From assembly GCA_963775425.1 (NCBI GenBank), contig CAVZJB010000013.1, positions 32,001-96,000 of the forward strand: a stretch of DNA of 64,000 nt, in the 5' to 3' direction. Of the stretch, positions 51,276 to 61,139 are shown in pieces. The notes beneath the pieces are model-generated. The model was not told the origin of the DNA and searched no databases. It worked only from the letters and a program-made list of their open reading frames with translations. This DNA is from an uncultured delta proteobacterium (GTDB lineage Bacteria > Myxococcota > UBA727 > VGSZ01). Each line of letters begins with the position of its first letter. Positions within the stretch are counted from its first letter, which is position 1. Made by a program: the position numbers and the translations under genes.

Positions 51276-51302
51276 AGACGCCGCGACGCACCGCCAGGTT
51301 CC
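51276..51302 (-). promoter_or_regulatory. Putative autoregulatory ECF promoter
   Basis: GGAACC-N16-CGTCT about 46 bp upstream of the sigma gene start. Confidence 0.6.
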
Positions 51303-51393
51303 CGGGGAATGAACGCCGGACTGTGTCCGTTGGGACACACAAGCGCGTGTCCGGAGAGACCCGCGCCGCCATCTTCGTAAGACGCGCTTTACC

Positions 51394-51948
51394 TCAGCGG
51401 GTCCAAGACGCGCTGTCGAGGAGCGCGCGCAGGCGCCCATCGGCGGCGCGCTGATCCTCGAAGGCGACGATGCTCGTGATGAGGTGGACGGCGGTCTTGT
51501 CGCGGCCGACCAGCGCGTAGTTGATGGAGGCGAGGGCGGCGCCGTCGTCTCCCTTCACGCGCTGGAGGAAGCGAACGAGGGTGAGGCCGTTTTCGCTGAA
51601 GCGGTCGACCACGCCGCCCTTGCCGGTGACGTCCTTGGCGAGGTTGTCGACGAAGCGCTCGAGCGCGCTCGCGTCCTTGACCTCGACGACGAAGACGCGC
51701 ACCACCTGACCGGAGCTGTGCAGCCACTGCGAGGCGCAGTGGTCCTCGGGCCGCACATCGGTGCAGCTCCGCCCGCCCGTCCACCCCTCGGCGCCGGCGA
51801 ACGTCAGCGCCTCGCCGCGCGCCGGGCCCGAGGGAGCGGCGGCGGCGACAGCGGCGGCGGGCGTGCCGCCTTCGGCGCCGGTGGGCGCCGCCGGGGATCG
51901 CGTACAGCCGAGCGACGCCGCGAGGACGAGGAGGGCGACGAGCTTCAT
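51394..51948 (-). CDS. Hypothetical lipoprotein
   Basis: MKLVALLVLAASLGC lipobox. Confidence 0.75.
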   Translation of the reverse strand: MKLVALLVLAASLGCTRSPAAPTGAEGGTPAAAVAAAAPSGPARGEALTFAGAEGWTGGRSCTDVRPEDHCASQWLHSSGQVVRVFVVEVKDASALERFVDNLAKDVTGKGGVVDRFSENGLTLVRFLQRVKGDDGAALASINYALVGRDKTAVHLITSIVAFEDQRAADGRLRALLDSASWTR

Positions 51949-51997
51949 GCCCCCATCAAACCACGAAGAGCGCGCGAGCCGACAGGCGCCCGCGCCC

Positions 51998-53653
51998 TTA
52001 CGGTTCGCGGGGAGGGCCGTCGTCGGCTTTGGGGGCGGGCGCCGGCTCCGAGGGCGGGCCCGGCAGGATGCGGGGGCCCGGGGCCACCGCGTGGGCGCCG
52101 CCGGGGCCGTAGGACCTGATGACGTCGAGGAGCGCTTCGACGTCGGGCGCCTTGCCTTCGTGCGCCATCTGCAGCGTGCGCGTGGGGAACGCGAAGCTCA
52201 CGCCGATGTCGCGGGCGAGCCGCACGATGTCGAGGAGCACCTCGTGGCGCACGCGCAGCTCACCGCTCCACGTCGGGCGCACCACGTAGAAGTGCACCAT
52301 GAACGCCAGGGCGCTGTCGCCGAAGTCGTGCAGGTGCACGTCGACGTCTTCTTTTCGCGTGTGCGGGTGCGCGGCCACGATGGCGCGCACGCCGTCGCAG
52401 AAGGCCTCGGCCTGCTCCGGCGTGGTGCCGTACTGGAGGCCGGCCGTCACGCTCACCCTTCGCGCCCGGCGCGCGCCGAAGTTCTCGATGTTTCCGTCGG
52501 TGAGCCGCGCGTTCGGCACGCTCACCACGGTGTCGCGGATGGTGCGGATCTGCGTGGAGCGGAAGCCGACGTGCTCCACGGCGCCCTCGACGTCGGGGCC
52601 GAGCACCACCCAGTCGCCGATCTGAAACGGGCGATCGAGGAAGATGGCGACGGAGCCGAAGAAGTTGCCGATGGTGTCCTTGGCTGCCAGCGCCACCGCG
52701 AGGCCGCCGATGCCGAGGCCGGCAATGAGCGAGCCGACGTTGATGTCGAACGCCTCCAGCAGGAGCACCGCGGCCAGGGTGACGACCACCACCTTGAGGA
52801 TGCGCCGCACGAGCGGCACCAGGTGCTCGTCCATCTTGCCCGTGCTGTGCGGGGTCCGCTTCACGATCTGCTCGGCGACGACGTCGACGACGCGGTAGCA
52901 AAAGGCGAGCGCCGCCAGCGCCGCGGTGATGCGCACGACGAACATCACCACCACGGCCGCCTCTCCCGGCAGCGCCAGCGACGGCGTCCCCAGCGCGAGC
53001 ATCGCCGCGAGCGCGAGCGTGCCGAGCGGCCGCGCCACCACCACGAGGCGCTCGCGGGTGACGTCGACGCCGAAGCGGGCGAGCACCGCTCCCGCGCGCC
53101 ACACGAGCACGCCGGCGATGGCGAAGCGCAGCAGCGCCCCCGCCGCCGCGATCAGCAGGAGCCCGAGGAGCTGCCAGGCGGCCACCCCGAGCACCGGCCG
53201 CTGCGCCCAGTGCGGCAGCCGCCGCTTGAGCGTGTGCAGGTCGACGGCGACGGCGTCTTCGTAGATGTCGTCGGCCTGGGTGAGCACGGACGTGGGCAGC
53301 ACCCAGTCGCCGCTCTCGAGGCGCTCGAGGCGGAGGCGCGGGAGCGCGCGGGTGAGGACGACGGTGGGCTCGAAGGTGCTCGCGTCGACGAACGCGGGAT
53401 CGCTCGGGATGTTCTCGAGGCGCGGCCGGGCGCCGACGGCGTCGAGGGCCTGCTTGAGGACGGCGACGGCGTGCTCGCGGCGGGCGAGGGGGAGGTCCTG
53501 CTCGGTGCAGCGCGCGGCCTTCTTCAGGTCGAGGCGGTCGTCACGCAGGTTGGACAGGATCGTCGCCGCCGCCGCGCGCGGGTTGGCGCACGGCGAGGTG
53601 TCGGCGGTGCCGAGCTGGGCGCTGACGACGAGAGCGGCGGCGACGGCGAGCAC
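51998..53653 (-). CDS. MscS-family mechanosensitive channel with N-terminal periplasmic domain
   Basis: AGLGIGGLAVALAAKDT..N.FG, DRPFQIGDW, GFRSTQIRT, VPN, SFAFPT. Confidence 0.93.
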   Translation of the reverse strand: MLAVAAALVVSAQLGTADTSPCANPRAAAATILSNLRDDRLDLKKAARCTEQDLPLARREHAVAVLKQALDAVGARPRLENIPSDPAFVDASTFEPTVVLTRALPRLRLERLESGDWVLPTSVLTQADDIYEDAVAVDLHTLKRRLPHWAQRPVLGVAAWQLLGLLLIAAAGALLRFAIAGVLVWRAGAVLARFGVDVTRERLVVVARPLGTLALAAMLALGTPSLALPGEAAVVVMFVVRITAALAALAFCYRVVDVVAEQIVKRTPHSTGKMDEHLVPLVRRILKVVVVTLAAVLLLEAFDINVGSLIAGLGIGGLAVALAAKDTIGNFFGSVAIFLDRPFQIGDWVVLGPDVEGAVEHVGFRSTQIRTIRDTVVSVPNARLTDGNIENFGARRARRVSVTAGLQYGTTPEQAEAFCDGVRAIVAAHPHTRKEDVDVHLHDFGDSALAFMVHFYVVRPTWSGELRVRHEVLLDIVRLARDIGVSFAFPTRTLQMAHEGKAPDVEALLDVIRSYGPGGAHAVAPGPRILPGPPSEPAPAPKADDGPPREP

Positions 53654-53671
53654 CGCGCCGGACTACCACAA

Positions 53672-54781
53672 TCAGATCTGGAACGTGGTGTCGACGAAGA
53701 AGCTGGAGAAGTTGTTGGCCGGCGACACGAAGTCCCACAGCGGGAAGCGGACGCCCTTGTTGTCCGAGCTCAGGAAGGGCTGCGCGCTGAACGTGCCGCC
53801 GGTGAGCGTGAACCACGCCGTCGGCGACCACGACAGGCCGAGGCTGCCGGTGGTGGACTGGCGGGGCACGAAGCCGTTGAGGGCGTGGGCGCCCGTGAGG
53901 TCGGCGTTGTCGTACTGGGTGCCGTTGTAGCCGGTGGTGGTGCCGTCGGTGGGCGGGAGGTACGAGGAGAAGGCCTGCGCGTAGCCGAGGTCCACGCTGG
54001 CGGAGAGCTGGTCGCTGATCTGGTAGCTGGCGCCGAGGCCCAGGCCCCAGCGCGGGCCCGGCGGCAGGTGACCGCAGCCGAAGTTCTCGATGTCGCCCGC
54101 GCGCGCGCCGTCGGCGCACGACAGGGTGGAGGTGGCGACGCCGTTGCTGGCGGTGAAGCCCACGCCCGTCTGCGCTTGCGCGTAGCGCGCGGCCAGCGCG
54201 CCCGACGACGGGGTGTAGCCGCCCGAGAGCGCGGCGTACGCGCCGAGGCCCTTGAGCATGGGCGCGGTCCAGGTCCCGCGCGCGCCGACGCCGAGGCCGC
54301 CGAGGCTGCCGTCCGCCCGCGAGGCCATCGAGATCGGCAGCGCGTAGGTACCGCTGAGGGCGACGCCGAGGCCGAGGTCCTTGAAGTTGAACGCGTTGTA
54401 GCTCACGGCGAAGCGCGGGTCCGCCAGCTCGAGCTGGTGGTTGTAGGTGTCGCTGTCCGTGTTGGTCCACTCGAAGCCGATGCGCTCGTTGGCCGACACC
54501 GACCACTGCTCGTTGATCTTCGCGGTGCCGCCGAGGGTCAGCAGCGACTGCAGCGTGGGGTTCACCGGCGACAGGACATACGTGGCCGAGCCCAGGCTCG
54601 TGGTGACGCCCGCCGACGCGTGCAGCGGCAGCGGATCCGCCTTCTTCGCCGGCGTCTTGGCGACGGCCGAGACCGCGGTGACAGCGTCGGCCGGGGCCCC
54701 GACGCCGGAGGGGGCGTCGGCGGGGGCGCCGGTGGCGGAGGGGGTGGCGGCGAGGGCGAGCGCGAAGGCAGCGGCGATCAT
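53672..54781 (-). CDS. Putative outer-membrane beta-barrel protein
   Basis: Signal peptide, alternating amphipathic strands, C-terminal ..FVDTTFQI. Confidence 0.7.
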   Translation of the reverse strand: MIAAAFALALAATPSATGAPADAPSGVGAPADAVTAVSAVAKTPAKKADPLPLHASAGVTTSLGSATYVLSPVNPTLQSLLTLGGTAKINEQWSVSANERIGFEWTNTDSDTYNHQLELADPRFAVSYNAFNFKDLGLGVALSGTYALPISMASRADGSLGGLGVGARGTWTAPMLKGLGAYAALSGGYTPSSGALAARYAQAQTGVGFTASNGVATSTLSCADGARAGDIENFGCGHLPPGPRWGLGLGASYQISDQLSASVDLGYAQAFSSYLPPTDGTTTGYNGTQYDNADLTGAHALNGFVPRQSTTGSLGLSWSPTAWFTLTGGTFSAQPFLSSDNKGVRFPLWDFVSPANNFSSFFVDTTFQI

Positions 54782-54916
54782 GCGGGGACTCCTGGGCCTG
54801 CGGGGCGAAGCAAGGTCCGTGCGCACATCCACGTACAGGCCAGAAGTCTGAAAGGAAAGGGCATTTTGCAGGAGGTGATCGTTGACTGACGGCGCCCGTC
54901 ACCCTAGCGATCGGGC

Positions 54917-56737
54917 GTGGCCGCCGTCCGATACCGCATCACACCGCAAAACCCCCGGGCCCACCTGTTCGAGGTGGAGGTCCACGTCGACGACCCGGAT
55001 CCGCAGGGCCAGGCGTTCCACCTGCCCGTCTGGGTCCCCGGCAGCTACCTGGTCCGCGAGTTCGCGCGCCACGTCGTCGAGGTCTCGGCGCGCTCGAACG
55101 GCAAGCCGGTCGCCGTCGAAAAGACCGACAAGCGCACCTGGCGCGCCGCGGCCACCGAGGGCCCCCTCGTCGTCGCCTGCACCATCTACGCGTGGGACCT
55201 GTCGGTGCGCGCCGCCCACCTCGACCTCACGCACGCGTTCTTCAACGGCACCTCGATGTTCCTCGCCGTCGCCGGCCGCGAGCGGGAGGCCGTCGACGTC
55301 GTCATCGAGCCCCCGCACGATCCCGCATGCAAGGGCTGGCGCGTGGCCACCACCCTCCACGCCGTCGACGTGCGCCCGCCCGGCTTCGGCAGCTACCGCG
55401 CCCAAAGCTACGAGGAGCTCGTCGATCACCCGGTGGAGATGGGCACCTTCGAGCTCGTCGAGTGGGCCGCCGGCGGCGTGCCCCACCAGATGGCCGTCAC
55501 TGGGCGTGCGCGCTTCGACAAGGAGCGGCTGCAGAAGGACTGCGCCGCCGTCTGCGCCGAGCACATCCGCATGCTCGGGGGCAGCTCGCCGGTGCAGCGC
55601 TACCTGTTTTTGACCACCGCCCTCGGCGAGGGCTACGGCGGGCTCGAGCACAAGGACAGCGCCGCGCTCCTGTGCAAGCGCGACGACCTCCCCAAGGAGA
55701 CCACGCCCAAGGAGCCCGGCGACGGCTATCGCGGCTTCCTCGGCCTCGTCTCCCACGAGTACTTCCACCTGTGGAACGTCAAGCGCATCAAGCCGGCCGT
55801 GTTCACGCCGTACGCGCTCGGCGCCGAGGCCTATACGCGCCTGCTGTGGGCGTTCGAGGGCATCACCTCGTACTACGACGACCTCGCCCTCGTGCGCGCC
55901 GGCGTCATCAGCACGGAGAGCTGGCTCGAGCTCATCGGGCGCACGCTCACGCGCGTGATGCGCGGGGCCGGACGCATGAAGCAGAGCGTGGCGGAGTCGA
56001 GCTTCGACGCGTGGATCAAGTTCTACCGGCCCGACGAGAACTCCCCCAACGCCGTCGTCAGCTATTACACCAAGGGCTCGCTGGTGGCGTTGGCGCTCGA
56101 CCTCACCATCCGCGCCGCCACCGGCGAGAAGCGCTCGCTCGACGACGTCATGCGCCTGTTGTGGCAGCGCCACGGCATGCAGAACGTGGGCGTGCCCGAG
56201 GACGGCGTCGAGCAGATCGCGAGCGAGGTGGCCGGCGTCGACCTCACGCCGTTCTTCGACGAGGCCGTGCGCGGCACCAACGATCTCGCGCTCGCTCCGC
56301 TCTTGAAGCCCTACGGCATCGAGCTGCACCTCCGGCCCGCCGACAGCGACAGCGACCTCGGCGGCAAGCCGGGCAAGAAGCCCAAGGACGAGGTGCTCAA
56401 GCGCGGCACGCTCGGCGTCACGCTCTCGCACCACCACGACGACGGGGCCCACCTGCACGTGGTGCACGACGGCGGCGCCGCGCAGGACGCGGGGCTCGCG
56501 TCGGGCGACGTCGTCATCGCCGTCGACGGGCTGCGCGCCACGCGCGGCAACCTGCGCAAGCTCGTCGGCGAGCGCGCGCCGGGCACCCGGATCCACGTGC
56601 ATGCCTTCCGCCGCGACGAGCTGCACGAGATCGACGTCGTGCTCAAGGCGCCCGCGCTCGACACCGCCTGGCTCTCTTTGCGAACCGACGAAGAGGCCGC
56701 CGCCCGGCGCGCCGCGTGGCTCATGACACGGCGATGA
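54917..56737 (+). CDS. M61-family glycyl aminopeptidase with PDZ domain
   Basis: LPVWVPGSYL.REF, GGLEH, HEYFHLWNVKRI.P, EG.TSYY, SYY.KG. Confidence 0.95.
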   Translation: MAAVRYRITPQNPRAHLFEVEVHVDDPDPQGQAFHLPVWVPGSYLVREFARHVVEVSARSNGKPVAVEKTDKRTWRAAATEGPLVVACTIYAWDLSVRAAHLDLTHAFFNGTSMFLAVAGREREAVDVVIEPPHDPACKGWRVATTLHAVDVRPPGFGSYRAQSYEELVDHPVEMGTFELVEWAAGGVPHQMAVTGRARFDKERLQKDCAAVCAEHIRMLGGSSPVQRYLFLTTALGEGYGGLEHKDSAALLCKRDDLPKETTPKEPGDGYRGFLGLVSHEYFHLWNVKRIKPAVFTPYALGAEAYTRLLWAFEGITSYYDDLALVRAGVISTESWLELIGRTLTRVMRGAGRMKQSVAESSFDAWIKFYRPDENSPNAVVSYYTKGSLVALALDLTIRAATGEKRSLDDVMRLLWQRHGMQNVGVPEDGVEQIASEVAGVDLTPFFDEAVRGTNDLALAPLLKPYGIELHLRPADSDSDLGGKPGKKPKDEVLKRGTLGVTLSHHHDDGAHLHVVHDGGAAQDAGLASGDVVIAVDGLRATRGNLRKLVGERAPGTRIHVHAFRRDELHEIDVVLKAPALDTAWLSLRTDEEAAARRAAWLMTRR

Positions 56738-56858
56738 CGATCCCGGCGCGGGCGCGCCGCCGCCCGACGCGCCGGGGGAGCCCGCACACCGTAAAACGAC
56801 GCGTGTGTTGTGCGTGTGAGTGACAATGCGCGCCGAGACCACTAAGTGTGGTCCCCAG

Positions 56859-57956
56859 ATGCAAAACAAGCTCACCTTCGCACCCGCCTCCGCGTTTCAC
56901 GGCGAGCTGCGCCGGCGCGTCGACGCGTACTTCACGGACAACAATCTGAAGAAGAGCGCGAACGGCTTCATGGTCGCAAAGACCGCCTTCTGGCTCGCCT
57001 TCACCTGGGGCGCGTGGGCGCTGACGATGCGCGAGGTCGTCTCGTTTCCGCTGAGCATCGCTCTGTGGTGCGCGCAGGGCTTCGGCTTCGCCTGCATCGG
57101 CTTCAACATCGGGCACGACGCCATCCACGGCAGCTACTCCGACAAGAAGTGGGTGAACGCCATCCTCGCGTGGAGCTTCGACGTCATGGGGGCGTCGTCG
57201 TTCACGTGGCGCGTCGCGCACAACGTCATCCACCACACGTACACGAACATCCCCGGCCACGACGGCGACCTCGAGCCCGGGCCGACGATGGTGTTCTACC
57301 CGCAGCCCACGCGCTGGTTTCACCGCTTTCAGCACATCTACGCCTGGGCGCTGTACCCGTTCATCGGCGTCATCTGGGTCTACATCAAGGACTTCGAGCA
57401 GATCCGCCGCGGCGATCCGCTCACGGGCAAGACCGCCGGGCGCCTCGACTTCGCGCAGATGATGCTCGGCAAGGGACTGCACATCGGGCTCGTGCTCGCG
57501 GCCCCGCTCGTCTTCATGCACGCGCCCGCCTGGCAGATCCTCATCGGCTACTCGCTGCTGCTCGCCACCGGCGGCGTCACCCTCGCGGTGGTCTTTCAGC
57601 TCGCGCACTGCATCGAGGGCGTCGAGTTCCCGCGCACGCCCGAAGGCGCGCAGCAGATGCCGGTGTCCTGGTGCGAGCACCAGCTCCGCACCACGGCCAA
57701 CTTCGGCCGCACCGCGCTGGCCACGTTCATCTGTGGCGGCCTCGACCACCAGATCGAGCACCACCTGATGCCGCGCATCTGCCACATCCACTACCCGGCG
57801 CTGGCGCCCATCGTCGAGCAGTGCGCGCGCGAGCACGGCTTGCCGTACGTGCACAACGGCAGCTTCTTCCGGGCCGTGGGCGCCCACGCCCGCACGCTCA
57901 GGCGCCTCGGCCAAGGCGCCGCCGTCGTGGAGACGGCGGCGCTCGCGAGCTCATGA
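56859..57956 (+). CDS. Membrane fatty acid (acyl-CoA) desaturase, front-end type
   Basis: His boxes HDAIH, HNVIHH, QIEHH. Confidence 0.93.
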   Translation: MQNKLTFAPASAFHGELRRRVDAYFTDNNLKKSANGFMVAKTAFWLAFTWGAWALTMREVVSFPLSIALWCAQGFGFACIGFNIGHDAIHGSYSDKKWVNAILAWSFDVMGASSFTWRVAHNVIHHTYTNIPGHDGDLEPGPTMVFYPQPTRWFHRFQHIYAWALYPFIGVIWVYIKDFEQIRRGDPLTGKTAGRLDFAQMMLGKGLHIGLVLAAPLVFMHAPAWQILIGYSLLLATGGVTLAVVFQLAHCIEGVEFPRTPEGAQQMPVSWCEHQLRTTANFGRTALATFICGGLDHQIEHHLMPRICHIHYPALAPIVEQCAREHGLPYVHNGSFFRAVGAHARTLRRLGQGAAVVETAALASS

Positions 57957-57963
57957 GCGTCCG

Positions 57964-58182
57964 TCAGAAACGGAAGTTCGTCTCGCGTGCGAAACGCTCC
58001 ACCTCGTTCTTGATCTTCACCCGCTCCTGACCGGTCGCCTTGTGGATGTAGCCGATCAACTGGTCGAGCTGCCCCTCGTAGCGATCGAGATCGTTGTCGG
58101 TGAGCGCGCCCCAGGCCTCGCGCAGCTTGCCCCTCAAACGCAGCCACTCGCCGCCACGAGCCTCTTGGTTCGGGTTCGTCAT
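57964..58182 (-). CDS. CsbD/YjbJ-family stress protein
   Basis: G.W..LRGK.RE.WG.LTD.DL....G..DQLIG; GGAGG RBS. Confidence 0.88.
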   Translation of the reverse strand: MTNPNQEARGGEWLRLRGKLREAWGALTDNDLDRYEGQLDQLIGYIHKATGQERVKIKNEVERFARETNFRF

Positions 58183-58283
58183 GTCGTCCTCCCGGGCTGA
58201 AACCTTCACGGCGCGTGCCTCGGCGCCGGCGCAAAAGGCGACGCTGTGGGAAGCGGCCGCGCTTCAATTTGCTACGTCGCCTC

Positions 58284-59294
58284 ATGCCGGGAGACGCGAT
58301 CGACGACGACATCATCGGGGAGAGCGCGCCGCTTCGTCGCGTCCGCGACCTGATGGAGCGGGTGAGCACGAGCGACTCCACCGTCCTCATCATGGGGGAG
58401 AGCGGCACGGGGAAGGAGCTCGTCGCCCGCGGCCTGCACGAGCGCTCGGCGCGGCGTGATCGCCCCTTCGTGGCGCTCAACTGCTCGGCCATCCCCGAGA
58501 CCCTCATCGAGAGCGAGCTGTTCGGTCACGTGAAGGGCGCGTTCACCGACGCGCGGGCGGCGCACGCGGGGCTGTTCGTGGACGCCCACGGCGGCACGCT
58601 CTTCCTCGACGAGATCGCCGAGCTGCCGCTTTCGATGCAGCCCAAGCTGCTGCGCGCGCTGCAGGAGCGCGCGGTGCGCCCCGTGGGCGGCGCGCACGAG
58701 GTGGAGCTCGACGTCCGCGTCGTCGCCGCCACCAACCGCGACCTCGAGGAGGACGTGCGCGCGCGGCGCTTTCGCCAGGACCTCTACTACCGCGTGAACG
58801 TCGTGCGCATCGACGTTCCGCCGCTGCGCGATCGCGGGCGCGACGTGCTCCTCCTCGCGCGCCGCTTCGTCGCGCGCTTCGCCGCCCGCGCCCAAAAGAG
58901 CGTGACCGGGCTGTCGACGCAGGCCGAGGCGCTGCTGCTGCGCCACCGGTGGCCGGGCAACGTGCGCGAGCTGGAGAACTGCATCGAGTGCGCGGTGACG
59001 CTCTGCCGCAACGACCTGATCGACGTCGACGACCTGCCGCCGCCGCTGGCGGCGCTCGCCGATGCGGTCGTACCCGACGACCGCCTGCGGGCGCCGGCCG
59101 CGGGCGACGACGAAGAAGAGGGCAGCGCGCTGCCCTCGATGGAGGAGGTCGAGCGCCGCCACATCCGCCGCGTGTTGCGCGCGGTGCACGGCAACAAGTC
59201 GCAGGCCGCGGCGGTGCTCGGCTTCGACCGGCGCACGCTCTATCGCAAGCTCAAGCTCTACGGCGACTTCACGGGCTCGCCGCGACATCCGTGA
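58284..59294 (+). CDS. Sigma54-dependent enhancer-binding protein (AAA+ and Fis HTH, no N-terminal sensor)
   Basis: [46 protein letters not shown]. Confidence 0.93.
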   Translation: MPGDAIDDDIIGESAPLRRVRDLMERVSTSDSTVLIMGESGTGKELVARGLHERSARRDRPFVALNCSAIPETLIESELFGHVKGAFTDARAAHAGLFVDAHGGTLFLDEIAELPLSMQPKLLRALQERAVRPVGGAHEVELDVRVVAATNRDLEEDVRARRFRQDLYYRVNVVRIDVPPLRDRGRDVLLLARRFVARFAARAQKSVTGLSTQAEALLLRHRWPGNVRELENCIECAVTLCRNDLIDVDDLPPPLAALADAVVPDDRLRAPAAGDDEEEGSALPSMEEVERRHIRRVLRAVHGNKSQAAAVLGFDRRTLYRKLKLYGDFTGSPRHP

Positions 59295-59658
59295 GCGCCC
59301 CCTCGTCCTCCTCGTCCTCTTCGGCCCCCTCGTCCTCCGCGGCCGGCGCGGGCGACGCCGCGGGCGCGGGCGCGCGCTCCTCGAGGACGGCGTCGAGCAC
59401 CTCGTCGAGCAGCGCGCCCAGGGCGAGCTTGCTGCCCGCGCTCATCAAGCCGCGCATGAGCACGGGGGCGACGCCGCCGGCGAGCACGAAGCCCGCGCCC
59501 GCGGCGATCCCGAGCACCGTGTAGGGGCGCTCCGCGAGCTGCTCGCGCGCCGCGCGCCGCGCCAACGACGCCGTCGACCGCACCGACGTCACCAAATCCG
59601 AGGCGCGCTCCTTGGTGTCCTGGCCGGCGCGAACGAGCTCTTCCGTGGTCGTGTCCAT
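59269..59658 (-). CDS. DUF883/ElaB-like membrane-anchored protein
   Basis: ERPYTVLGIAAGAGFVLAGG motif; acidic tail. Confidence 0.65.
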   Translation of the reverse strand: MDTTTEELVRAGQDTKERASDLVTSVRSTASLARRAAREQLAERPYTVLGIAAGAGFVLAGGVAPVLMRGLMSAGSKLALGALLDEVLDAVLEERAPAPAASPAPAAEDEGAEEDEEDEGALTDVAASP

Positions 59659-59668
59659 GATTCCCCCT

Positions 59669-59974
59669 TCACACCCGCGAAACGATGCGACCGATGACGA
59701 AGCCGGCGACGACGGCGGCGGCGATGGCGCGCATCGGGTGCTTGTCCACCAGCTCCCGGAACCGCTCGTCGAGCGCGAGCGCGCGCTCCGCGAGCGCGTC
59801 GACGTCGAGCGCGTCGTCCGGGTGTGCGCGCGCGCCGGGCTCGGTGGGCTGCGCGGCACCCTCGGCCGGCTGGTCGAGATGCGGCACCGGCTCTTCCTTC
59901 AACGACGTCTCATGCTTGGCCGTGCCGTTCGACGGCTCCGGGCGAGTGGGATCGAACGCGGTGTCGATGCTCAT
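59669..59974 (-). CDS. DUF883/YqjD/ElaB-like tail-anchored protein
   Basis: C-terminal V.KHPMRAIAAAVVAGFVIGRIVSR; GGAGG RBS. Confidence 0.75.
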   Translation of the reverse strand: MSIDTAFDPTRPEPSNGTAKHETSLKEEPVPHLDQPAEGAAQPTEPGARAHPDDALDVDALAERALALDERFRELVDKHPMRAIAAAVVAGFVIGRIVSRV

Positions 59975-60000
59975 GACGGTCCTCCAGCCCGCGATCACCG

Positions 60001-60016
60001 TGCAGCGCTTGTGCCA
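60001..60016 (-). promoter_or_regulatory. Sigma54 promoter (leftward)
   Basis: TGGCACA-AGCG-CTGCA, GG-N10-GC. Confidence 0.75.
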
Positions 60017-60053
60017 CTGCGACGACGGCCCCTTCGAGGCGCGCGCACTGTGG

Positions 60054-60092
60054 CGTGACGACACACCGTGACGCGTTGCCTCGGTCGTCACG
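60054..60092. promoter_or_regulatory. Inverted repeat, candidate shared upstream activator site
   Basis: CGTGACGAC-N21-GTCGTCACG between the two sigma54 promoters. Confidence 0.45.
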
Positions 60093-60116
60093 AACGAGCG
60101 CGCGCGCGGCTGCGTG

Positions 60117-60132
60117 TGGCACGTGCGCTGCA
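60117..60132 (+). promoter_or_regulatory. Sigma54 promoter (rightward)
   Basis: TGGCACG-TGCG-CTGCA, GG-N10-GC. Confidence 0.75.
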
Positions 60133-60182
60133 CACCTCATCCTTCGGTGAAGGACTTCCACGCACGACCGAGGAGACCAGAC

Positions 60183-60455
60183 ATGCTCGACACCATCGCC
60201 AAGACCGCAGTCGTCAGCTCGATGCTCTCGCTGTTTCGCAGGTCACGACGCAACGACACCAACTACATCGCCGCCGCCGGCCTCGTCTGCGCCGGCGTCG
60301 TCATCGGCGCGGGCGCGGCGCTCATGTTCGCCCCCAAGAGCGGCGCGGAGCTGCGCGCCGACGTCCGCCAACGCGCGCGCCGCCTCAGCTCCGGCGCGCA
60401 GAAGCGCTTCGAGCGAGCGCGCGACGCCGCCGCGAGCGAGATCGAGACCCACTGA
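60183..60455 (+). CDS. YtxH-domain protein
   Basis: G.VIGAGAALMFAPKSGAELR; GAGGAG RBS. Confidence 0.88.
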   Translation: MLDTIAKTAVVSSMLSLFRRSRRNDTNYIAAAGLVCAGVVIGAGAALMFAPKSGAELRADVRQRARRLSSGAQKRFERARDAAASEIETH

Positions 60456-60461
60456 GCCGGG

Positions 60462-61139
60462 TCAGGCCTGGACGACCTTCACGCCGTCGTCGGTGCCGGC
60501 GATGAGCGTGTGCACCATGCCGCAGAACAGGCCGTGCTCCGCGACCCCGGGGATCGCGGAGAGGGCCGTGGCCAGGCGCGGCGGGTCGTCGACGGGGGCC
60601 ATCTTGCAGTCGACGATCCACAGGCCGTTGTCGGTGACGTAGGTCTTGCCGTCGCGCACGCGGAGCGTGGGCTCGAGCCCGAGGCGCCGCAGCGCGCGCT
60701 CGACCACCTTCTGCGCGAACGGCACGATCTCCACCGGCAGCGGAAACGCGTGGAGCTTGTCCTTGAGCTTGCCGTCGTCGACGATGCAGTAGAAGCGCTC
60801 GCTGGAGTACGCCACCACCTTCTCGCGCAACAGCGCGCCGCCGCCGCCCTTGGTGAGGTTCAGGTCCTTGTCGACCTCGTCGGCGCCGTCGAAGCAGAGG
60901 TCGAGGCGCTCGACGTCGTCGAACGACAGCACCGGGATGCCCTGCTCCTGCGCGAGCTTGCGCGTGGACTCCGACGTCGGAACGCCATGGACCTTGAGGC
61001 CCTCGCGCACCCGGCGGCCGAGCGCCTCCACCGCGAACTTGGCCGTGGAGCCCGTGCCGAGCCCGACCTTCATCTTGTTTTCGATGAGCGAAACCGCGTG
61101 CTCCGCCGCCCTCTGCTTCTTTTCGTCGGTGGTCGCCAC
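60462..61139 (-). CDS. rpiA: Ribose-5-phosphate isomerase A
   Basis: GLGTGST, DGADEVD, KGGGGALLREK. Confidence 0.97.
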   Translation of the reverse strand: MATTDEKKQRAAEHAVSLIENKMKVGLGTGSTAKFAVEALGRRVREGLKVHGVPTSESTRKLAQEQGIPVLSFDDVERLDLCFDGADEVDKDLNLTKGGGGALLREKVVAYSSERFYCIVDDGKLKDKLHAFPLPVEIVPFAQKVVERALRRLGLEPTLRVRDGKTYVTDNGLWIVDCKMAPVDDPPRLATALSAIPGVAEHGLFCGMVHTLIAGTDDGVKVVQA

